Below, one piece after another: positions 54,656 to 64,000 of a stretch of DNA of 64,000 bases (the first letter of the stretch is position 1; each line of letters opens with the position of its first letter). The notes beneath the pieces are model-generated. The model made no database searches. It was not told where the DNA came from and saw only the letters and a program-made list of their open reading frames with translations. The stretch lies in assembly GCA_965208425.1 (NCBI GenBank), contig OZ242335.1, positions 11,018 through 75,017 of the forward strand, in the 5' to 3' direction. This DNA is from Candidatus Poribacteria bacterium (GTDB taxonomy: Bacteria; Poribacteria; WGA-4E; PCPOR2b). The position numbers and the translations under genes are program-made.

Positions 54656-54852
54656 CTTGTGATTAGATCAGATAATTTTTGTCCTTAGTAGTGCGCTGTT
54701 GATTTTATATTTATGATTTTTTCCTCATTTTGGTTTCCAGTTGTTTAGCGGGCAAACCTGTTAGGAAACCCAACCTTTTTATATCAATAGTTAATTGCTA
54801 TATCGCTTGAATTTCCCTGAAAACCCCTCCAATTATTATAGGAATTAATATA

Positions 54853-56214
54853 ATGCGGTATACTCCGGATCAAATCTGGTTGAAAATTCTGTCTGAGTTG
54901 GGCGACACTATTCGAGAAGATGTTTATCTCCGTCAAGCTAAACCAATGGCTCTTACAGAAAGTGAACTAACAGTTTCAGTTCCGAGTGTGTATACACAAG
55001 AACAAATTGCAAGCCGTTTTCTTCCTGATATCAACGGTTTCTTAGAAAAGCAGATTGGCACAAGCTGTCGGCTCAAAATTATTGCTGCACAGCCTGACGG
55101 AAAAAGGCAACCTGAATCTTCGGCCTCAGCCACCTCTGCTGCTGTACCTGATGATGACGATGATCATGCCCCCTCGACTGATACAACCCTTAATCCCGAA
55201 TATAGTTTCGATCGATTCGTTGTAGGAACAGGCAATCGTTTGAGTCACGCGGCATCACTGGCTGTAGCGGAAAACCCAGGGAAGATTTACAACCCACTTT
55301 TCATCTATGGCGGCGTTGGACTGGGTAAGACTCACCTGCTGCACGCAATCGGTAATCGAATCCAAGCGGTTCATTCCAAGCAGAAAGTGCTATATATATC
55401 TTCTGAGACCTTTATGAATGAATATATCGACTCTATCATCACTCGCACAACCGCCTTCGATTTCCGCAGCAAATATCGGACAGTCGATGTGCTTCTTATT
55501 GATGATATTCAATTTTTACAACGTAAGGAGGGGACCCAAGAAGAATTTTTCCATACTTTTAATGAGCTTCACCAGAATTCAAACCACATTGTGATGACAA
55601 GCGACCGCCCACCAAAAAACCTAGAAACTGTTGAAGAACGATTACGCTCCCGTTTTGAGTGGGGCATGGTTGCAGACATCAGTCCACCACAATTTGAAAC
55701 AAGGATTGCTATCCTTCGCCAGAAATGTGAAGACCAAAACTTGGAAAATGTTCCCGACTCTGTTTTAAGCTATATTGCCGAAGTGATTCAAACAAACATT
55801 CGGGACCTAGAGGGATCACTCATTAGGGTCGCCGCAGAAGCAAGCCTTTTCAATGAGGAGTTGACGGTCGATTTTGCCCGTAATGTGTTAAACGACTTCG
55901 CCACCCCGTCACCCCGGATTAACTCTAAAGCTATTACAGCAGAAGATATTCAAAAAGCAGTAGCGGGCTATTTTCGTCTCAAAATTGGTGACCTCAAATC
56001 CTCTACACGCACAAAAGCGATCGTTGTGCCCCGGCAAATTGCCATGTATCTTTGCCGTCAACTAACCAACCTGTCTCTTATGGAAATTGCAAATGCTTTT
56101 GGTAGGCAAGATCACACGACCATTTTGCACGCTAACAACCGAATTGAAGAGAGCATCCGTACAGATGCGGAATTGTACCAAACAATTAACTTTTTAATCG
56201 AAGATATTAAATAA
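54853..56214 (+). CDS. dnaA: chromosomal replication initiator protein DnaA
   Basis: 453 aa. Walker A is GGVGLGKTHL, followed by LLIDDIQFL and SDRPP. Domain IV contains VPRQIAMYL and HTTILHA. Confidence 0.97.
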   Translation: MRYTPDQIWLKILSELGDTIREDVYLRQAKPMALTESELTVSVPSVYTQEQIASRFLPDINGFLEKQIGTSCRLKIIAAQPDGKRQPESSASATSAAVPDDDDDHAPSTDTTLNPEYSFDRFVVGTGNRLSHAASLAVAENPGKIYNPLFIYGGVGLGKTHLLHAIGNRIQAVHSKQKVLYISSETFMNEYIDSIITRTTAFDFRSKYRTVDVLLIDDIQFLQRKEGTQEEFFHTFNELHQNSNHIVMTSDRPPKNLETVEERLRSRFEWGMVADISPPQFETRIAILRQKCEDQNLENVPDSVLSYIAEVIQTNIRDLEGSLIRVAAEASLFNEELTVDFARNVLNDFATPSPRINSKAITAEDIQKAVAGYFRLKIGDLKSSTRTKAIVVPRQIAMYLCRQLTNLSLMEIANAFGRQDHTTILHANNRIEESIRTDAELYQTINFLIEDIK

Positions 56215-56240
56215 TAGAAACATATTGGTTAAATCGTTAA

Positions 56241-56414
56241 TGTGGATAACATGTGGATAACTCTGTGGATAACATGTGGATGGTTTGTGGATAGATGTGG
56301 ATAACTTTGAGCCTGTGGATAGATTGTGGATAAGTTTAAAAGTTATCCACAATTCGTCCACAGGCTTCCAACCAGTCGTGGTGCGGGTTTAACCGAGTTA
56401 TCCACATATCCACA
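56241..56414. promoter_or_regulatory. oriC DnaA-box array (about 12 boxes)
   Basis: TGTGGATAA-type boxes start at 56241, 56252, 56264, 56275, 56286, 56296, 56314 and 56325. Inverted TTATCCACA-type boxes start at 56343, 56354, 56398 and 56407. Confidence 0.9.
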
Positions 56415-56545
56415 TCCCCTACTACTACTATTATTAATATATAAATTAATAGAATAGAGAGTAGATAAGGAATATATAACCGTAATTCATCAAAAAGTAT
56501 TTATGAGATTTAACTTAGAAACATAATTTTCTTAGGAGAAAGAAG
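56415..56545. other. AT-rich DNA unwinding element candidate of oriC
   Basis: The stretch tactactactattattaatatataaattaatagaatagagagtagataaggaatatataa... sits directly between the box array and dnaN. Confidence 0.65.
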
Positions 56546-57649
56546 ATGCAATTAGTTTTTGCGAAAGAAGATCTTTTTAGATGTATTCAGGTATTACAAG
56601 GTGTAGCTGCTGGAAGGAACACTCTTCCAATATTGTCGAATATTCTGATTCGTGCAACGGACGGACAAATCGAGATCGCAGCAACCGACCTTGAAGTTAG
56701 CATTCAAACCGTGGTTCCCGGCACTATCGTTGAGGAAGGTGCCATTACCGTATCGGCAAGAAAGCTTTCTGAAATTGTACGTGAATTGCCGGACCAAGAA
56801 ATAAGGCTTACAACAACGGCAAACGATCGAATCGAAATTACCTGTGGAGAAGGTGTTTATAAAATTATCGGGCTCCCGGATGATGAATTTCCGGAGCTTC
56901 CCTCAATTACGGGAGCGTTTTTCACAATTGATGGTGATTTGCTCTGTTCGATGATTGATAAAACCGAGTTTTCTGCTTCCACTGAGGAAACGCGATACTT
57001 CTTGAATGGACTGTATTTTGATTTGACACCCGAGATAACTCAAATTGTCGCAACTGATGGGCGCCGCCTTGCTGTCGCTTCGAGTGATACACTGATGCCA
57101 CCACCTCAAGAGCCGATAGGGGTTATCGTTCCACTCAAAGCGGTCCGGGAAATTACCAAGACCTTTGCAGAATCAGCAGAGGTTAAAGTCAGTCTGCTAG
57201 AAAACCAGATTATTTTCGCTGATGATGACTCTACTTTAACTTCTCGATTGGTTGAGGGGGAATATCCTAAGTACCAACAGATTATTCCCAGCGATAACGA
57301 AATTCACCTGACACTTAATGTCGATAAAATGCTGGGAGGATTGAGACGAGTATCGCTGTTATCCAACCCGAAAACTTACTCAATTCGTTTGGACGTTCAG
57401 GACGGCAAAGTACGAATCTCTGCCAAGACACCCGAACTTGGGGAGGCGTATGAAACTGTGGATGTTACAGGGGGAGATGGAGAGATCCAGATCGCTTTTG
57501 ATGCGCGTTTCCTCGTGGAAGCCGTGGGACATATCCAAGCCGAAGATTTCCGTTTGGAACTCAAGGATTCCCTCAGTGCGGCTGTTTTAAAGCCTGTTGA
57601 CGATGATGGACATCTCTGCTTGATCATGCCGATGCGACTTGACTCATAG
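56546..57649 (+). CDS. dnaN: DNA polymerase III beta sliding clamp
   Basis: 367 aa with an AGGAGA RBS. Segments NTLPILSNILI, ATDLEVS, TDGRRLA and EGEYPKYQQIIP are typical. Confidence 0.95.
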   Translation: MQLVFAKEDLFRCIQVLQGVAAGRNTLPILSNILIRATDGQIEIAATDLEVSIQTVVPGTIVEEGAITVSARKLSEIVRELPDQEIRLTTTANDRIEITCGEGVYKIIGLPDDEFPELPSITGAFFTIDGDLLCSMIDKTEFSASTEETRYFLNGLYFDLTPEITQIVATDGRRLAVASSDTLMPPPQEPIGVIVPLKAVREITKTFAESAEVKVSLLENQIIFADDDSTLTSRLVEGEYPKYQQIIPSDNEIHLTLNVDKMLGGLRRVSLLSNPKTYSIRLDVQDGKVRISAKTPELGEAYETVDVTGGDGEIQIAFDARFLVEAVGHIQAEDFRLELKDSLSAAVLKPVDDDGHLCLIMPMRLDS

Positions 57650-57840
57650 TAATTTCGATTATCTGACCAAGTGTGAGAGGACTCATGACAGAATATGTTA
57701 TGAGTACCACGCTTTAAGGTAGGGATGGTGTTATTCCGGCCTACGGCTTTACCTGAAATATTGACTATTGATAGTAATCTAAGTATGACAAAGATGTAAC
57801 TGAGCGGGTTCTCTGCACACGCTAAAAGTGCCTTACGACA

Positions 57841-59016
57841 ATGCGACTAAACCAACTTGTGTTGCGTAATTTTCGTAGTTATGCTGATTGTGAAATTGAA
57901 TTCACCGATCGGGTGAACCTAATTATTGGGGAAAACGCGCAGGGGAAAACAACACTACTAGAAGCCATCTATTTCCTCAGCACGGCGAAATCACACCGCA
58001 CCTACCCTGATAATGAATTGATACGGCACGACGAGAATTGGTTTTACCTCAAAGGAGAGATTGCTGCTACAGATGGTTCGCAGCCTGATCCAGACCCCCA
58101 CGGTCTGCATCCATTAGACTCGATGACGGTTGAAGTCTCGAACGAGTTGAGTGGTAAGAAACGCTTCAAGTTCAACGGGATTATTCAAAAAAAACTTTCC
58201 CAGTGGATTGGTCAGTTCAACGTTGTTTTTTTCTCCCCTGAATCGCTCACTTTAGTCAAAGGGGCTCCGGCAGACCGCCGGCGTTTTATCGATCTTTTAA
58301 TTTCTCAAATCAATTCGGTGTACTTAAATGCTCTCCAAAACTACCAATTTGCACTTAAGCAGCGCAACGAGTTGTTGAAACAAATTCGGTCGAAACGGGC
58401 TAGTCCTGACCACCTCGATCCGTGGGATGATATACTCGTTGCTGAAGGAATCTCTATCCTCCAAACACGCGTGACAATTTTTGACCAATTAAAGGCTTAC
58501 GTTCAAGCCAAACACGCCGAGTTGACAGGAGATCGTGAGATCCTTGAATTGAAATACCAACCTTCCCCTGAAAAGATTGATGACGTGATTGAACAGGAGG
58601 CGACAGAACTATTTCGCAAGAGGCTACAATCTTCCCGATCTTACGATATTCTGCGCGGTATGACTTCGGTGGGACCGCACCGGGATGATTTCAAATTAAT
58701 ACTAGAATCGCAGTCTGCTGGAGCGATGTATTTTCAGGAAGCAAAGGCTTTTGGATCACAGGGGCAGCAACGAACCATCGCTTTAGCTCTAAAACTTGGC
58801 GAATTGGAATTAATACGTGAAACCACAGGTAAAACTCCTATCGTTCTATTGGATGACGTGTTCTCAGAATTGGATGAGGAGCGTTCGTCTTTTTTATTTA
58901 ACTTGCTAGGACGATTGAATGCCCAAACATTTATCACTTCAACGCGGCAGGAGGCATGGGTACCAGAATTGGGTGCTTGCCGCGTGTTTACGGTGCATGA
59001 TGGACAGGTCAACTGA
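57841..59016 (+). CDS. recF: DNA replication/repair protein RecF
   Basis: 391 aa. It starts LRNFRSY, Walker A is GENAQGKTT, the signature region is GSQGQQRT and Walker B is LLDDVFSELD. Confidence 0.95.
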   Translation: MRLNQLVLRNFRSYADCEIEFTDRVNLIIGENAQGKTTLLEAIYFLSTAKSHRTYPDNELIRHDENWFYLKGEIAATDGSQPDPDPHGLHPLDSMTVEVSNELSGKKRFKFNGIIQKKLSQWIGQFNVVFFSPESLTLVKGAPADRRRFIDLLISQINSVYLNALQNYQFALKQRNELLKQIRSKRASPDHLDPWDDILVAEGISILQTRVTIFDQLKAYVQAKHAELTGDREILELKYQPSPEKIDDVIEQEATELFRKRLQSSRSYDILRGMTSVGPHRDDFKLILESQSAGAMYFQEAKAFGSQGQQRTIALALKLGELELIRETTGKTPIVLLDDVFSELDEERSSFLFNLLGRLNAQTFITSTRQEAWVPELGACRVFTVHDGQVN

Positions 59017-59500
59017 GAAAACAGAACGTATCGATCTACTTCTTGATGGGCTTATTCGTGATTATGGCTTGGATCACAAAGTTCTTGAAACACAAGTCTT
59101 TGCCGCTTGGAAGGGAGCGGTGGGAGCGCTGATTGCTCGCAACACTCAGCCAATTTCACTAGTTAATGGGAAATTAACAGTTTATGCCTCCGCTCATGTC
59201 TGGGTCAACGAGCTTCAGATGTTGAGAGGTCAAGTGATTCCCAAAATCAACAAAGTTGTCAATTTTCCTGCGGTGAAAACATTGGAATTTTCTGTTAAGC
59301 CGATCCATTCGTCAAAATCTCCAAAAAGTCAACGTTTTCACCGTCCAAAACGTCTTAAATTAGAAACTGCTGAATTAGATACAGAGACACTAAAACGCAT
59401 TGATCAGACCGTTGCATCGGTTGAAGATCCAGATTTGAAAGCGCACTTAAAGCGACTCTTTACTAAACAGAGCCAACGCGCTTTAATTGAAGATGAGTAA
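58997..59500 (+). CDS. DUF721 (DciA-family) protein
   Basis: Located between recF and gyrB. WKGAVGALIARNTQPISLVNGKLTVYASAHVWVNELQ fits the DUF721 pattern. The start is ATG 58997 or 59000 and overlaps the recF end. Confidence 0.7.
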   Translation: MMDRSTEKTERIDLLLDGLIRDYGLDHKVLETQVFAAWKGAVGALIARNTQPISLVNGKLTVYASAHVWVNELQMLRGQVIPKINKVVNFPAVKTLEFSVKPIHSSKSPKSQRFHRPKRLKLETAELDTETLKRIDQTVASVEDPDLKAHLKRLFTKQSQRALIEDE

Positions 59501-59513
59501 TAGAAGTTGATGA

Positions 59514-62000
<2,487 letters not shown>

Positions 62001-62001
62001 G

Positions 62002-62469
62002 ATGTCAAATAATGACGTGGATTGGCGGGACAGTGGGGTGAAGATTGTCCGCAGCGATCAGCTTGATATGAATACGCCGCAGACCCCCGGCATGACTCGT
62101 GCCGCGGCCATCAATCGTGCGACCACCGGGGCTGACAAACTTTGGGCTGGTACGGTAAGTATTCAACCGAATGCAAAAACCAGCGCACACCATCATGGTG
62201 CGTTGGAGAGCGTGATTTATGTTGTGAACGGACGCGCACGTATGCGGTGGGGCGATCAGCTTGAATTTGTCGCAGAGGCGGGACCGGGCGATTTCATCTA
62301 TGTACCGCCCTTCGTGCCACACCAAGAAATTAACGCCAGCACGGATGAACCCCTCTCCTGCGTCTTGGTGCGGAGTGATCAGGAACCGATTGCTATCAAC
62401 TTGGATATTGAACCGGTAGAGCCGCCGGAGGAAGTCTATTGGGTTGACCCGATTCATCCTGAACCGTAA
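62002..62469 (+). CDS. cupin domain protein
   Basis: ATG 62002. Motifs: HHHGALESVIYVVNGRARMRWG and GDFIYVPPFVPHQEIN. Confidence 0.7.
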   Translation: MSNNDVDWRDSGVKIVRSDQLDMNTPQTPGMTRAAAINRATTGADKLWAGTVSIQPNAKTSAHHHGALESVIYVVNGRARMRWGDQLEFVAEAGPGDFIYVPPFVPHQEINASTDEPLSCVLVRSDQEPIAINLDIEPVEPPEEVYWVDPIHPEP

Positions 62470-62482
62470 GGGAAACAGAGTA

Positions 62483-62701
62483 ATGATTAAAGTAAAAATC
62501 CCTAGAGAAACATGGCACAAAGCTTGGAAATCGTTGCTCCAAGAAGGGCCTATCACGCGAGTGTCAAAGGATTACATCTATCTTATTTCAGATCGGCACC
62601 TACAAATACTAGAGGAAAAACAACTTCCATTTGAGGAGATAGACGCCGTTGTTAGTCCAAGTGAAAAAATACGACATTTACTTGCCTCTCCGCTACAATG
62701 A
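62483..62701 (+). CDS. hypothetical small protein (first gene of an overlapping pair)
   Basis: 72-aa ORF from ATG 62483 (MIKVKIPRETWHKAWKSLLQEGP...). I recognise no domain. Confidence 0.4.
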   Translation: MIKVKIPRETWHKAWKSLLQEGPITRVSKDYIYLISDRHLQILEEKQLPFEEIDAVVSPSEKIRHLLASPLQ

Positions 62702-62978
62702 TGGAAGACAAATTGAAGATGAAAGATTTGATCAAGTTGATGATGTCCTGTATGAACGCTTTGGCGGATTAACTACTGTCATGCGTGAATTTCCATTGCG
62801 CGGCTTATGGAGTGGAGAAAGTGAAGCCTATCTTGATCTCATCATCATTTATACTACTATTGACTTTGAACCTTCCGAGTCAACAACCCAATTTTTTGAG
62901 GAATACAAAGAGATTTTAAAGTCTCAATTTCAGCAAGAAGAAATCCTAATCACGGTTCAAGAGATCGGAGTATTTTAG
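62661..62978 (+). CDS. hypothetical small protein (second gene of an overlapping pair)
   Basis: The ORF is open from 62649. A GTG at 62661 gives VKKYDIYLPLRYNDGRQIEDERF...EEILITVQEIGVF. It overlaps the previous ORF by about 40 nt. Confidence 0.4.
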   Translation: MKKYDIYLPLRYNDGRQIEDERFDQVDDVLYERFGGLTTVMREFPLRGLWSGESEAYLDLIIIYTTIDFEPSESTTQFFEEYKEILKSQFQQEEILITVQEIGVF

Positions 62979-63022
62979 AATATACACTTGCCGGTAAATT
63001 ATACTAAGGAGTAAAGCAAAAC

Positions 63023-64000
63023 GTGCTAACACGAAACGATGAAAATACTAATATTGTCACACGATATATTGAGGATGAGTTAAGGGAATCCTACCTCACC
63101 TACGCGATGAGCGTCAACACTAACCGGGCGATTCCTGACCTAAGGGATGGACTGAAGCCCAGTACGCGACGCATCCTCTATGCGATGGGAGAGATGAACC
63201 TCACGGCAGGTCGTTCCTATGACAAGTGTGCCGCTGTCGTCGGTGAGGTCATGAAGAACTTCCATCCGCATGGCGACGGTCCAATCTACGACACATTGGT
63301 TGGTCTGGTTCAAGACTTTGCTATGCGCTACCCTTTGGTGGACGGACAGGGAAATTTTGGCTCCATTGACGACGACCCACCGGGAGCGATGCGTTACACA
63401 GAGTGCCGTTTGATGCGGATCGCAGATGAAATGTTAGCCGACATCCACAAAAATACCGTTGACTTCCAACCAAACTACAAGGAATCGACGACCGAACCAA
63501 CTGTGCTTCCTGCGCGATTGCCAAACTTGCTGGTCAATGGGACAACCGGTATTGGCGTGGGCTACCTGACCCGTATTCCGCCGCATAATCTTGGTGAGAT
63601 TGTGGATGGGTTAATCCTCTTGCTGGAGAATCCGGAGGCAACGCTTGACGACCTCATGAAACATATCCCTGGTCCCGACTTCCCAACAGCAGCCGAGATC
63701 GTTGGGCGCACCGGTATTCGCGAAATATACGCTACTGGCAGAGGGACGATCACCGTTCGAGGAAAAGCGGTCATCCAGGAGACAAAAGAGGGCAGAGAAC
63801 ATATCCTTATCACAGAGATTCCATACCAAGTCAAGAAGAATCAGTTGCTTCAGAAGATGTACGATCTTGTCGCTAGTAAGACAATCACAGGAATCTCCGA
63901 TATCCGAGATGAATCAGACCAAGAGATGCGGGTCATCGTTGAACTCAAACGTGGTGAGATTGCACAGGTAATTTTGAATCAGCTATACAAGCACACCCAG
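63023..64000 (+). CDS. gyrA: DNA gyrase subunit A, 5' part (runs off window)
   Basis: GTG start after an AAGGAG RBS. YAMSVNTNRAIPDLRDGLKPSTRRILYAM..KNFHPHGDGPIYDTLV..RYPLVDGQGNFGS is canonical GyrA. It is not in the track because no stop falls inside the window. Confidence 0.95.
   Translation, partial: MLTRNDENTNIVTRYIEDELRESYLTYAMSVNTNRAIPDLRDGLKPSTRRILYAMGEMNLTAGRSYDKCAAVVGEVMKNFHPHGDGPIYDTLVGLVQDFAMRYPLVDGQGNFGSIDDDPPGAMRYTECRLMRIADEMLADIHKNTVDFQPNYKESTTEPTVLPARLPNLLVNGTTGIGVGYLTRIPPHNLGEIVDGLILLLENPEATLDDLMKHIPGPDFPTAAEIVGRTGIREIYATGRGTITVRGKAVIQETKEGREHILITEIPYQVKKNQLLQKMYDLVASKTITGISDIRDESDQEMRVIVELKRGEIAQVILNQLYKHTQ

Overview
Bacterial chromosome segment that spans the replication origin.

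- **Right third (54.0-64.0 kb), origin block:** rpmH (-), a small DnaA-box cluster, dnaA, a dense DnaA-box array plus an AT-rich unwinding region, then dnaN, recF, a DUF721/DciA-like gene and gyrB. Three small inserted genes follow, then the 5' part of gyrA.
- **Middle (34.8-54.0 kb, almost all minus strand), housekeeping block:** dprA, cysS, ispF, ispD, a PIN/TRAM yacL-like gene, radA, an MlaD/F/E-like lipid ABC system, dnaB, rplI, rpsR, ssb, rpsF and ispH. Discoidin-like lipoprotein paralogs are interspersed.
- **Left (0.5-17.3 kb), accessory sugar-acid/uronate-type catabolic island:** Udh-like SDR, galactonate-dehydratase-like enolase, two xylose-isomerase-like TIM barrels, cupins, a cyclase, a class III aminotransferase, a SelA-like PLP enzyme, a GH32-like hydrolase and two metallophosphoesterases.
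- **17.4-34.8 kb, mixed accessory genes:** a RAYT flanked by REP arrays, a PhyH dioxygenase, a GH88/105-like fusion and a minimal nucleotidyltransferase. Also mqnC, Ldh2, DUF169 and a TPR/transglutaminase lipoprotein.

The most interesting signals:
1. A signal-peptide rhodanese is interrupted by two in-frame TGA codons exactly at the two Cys positions of its C-x-C-P catalytic loop. This makes it a candidate double-selenocysteine protein. An FAD disulfide reductase gene follows directly.
2. A PspF-like sigma-54 activator sits upstream of TGTCCG palindromes and a consensus -24/-12 promoter. That promoter faces a secreted protein gene and a TolB-like propeller gene.
3. A roughly 170-nt coding module is shared at high nucleotide identity between the gyrB insertion region and an unrelated TPR lipoprotein gene.

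Nearly every longer intergenic spacer carries one of several families of short structured repeats: GTAG-headed REP/REPIN elements, modular MITE-like elements with common termini and exchangeable cores, and a 130-nt element with a CCCCCT/AGGGGG hairpin. I recognised no rRNA, tRNA or CRISPR array. All calls come from reading the sequence and ORF translations; no searches were run.
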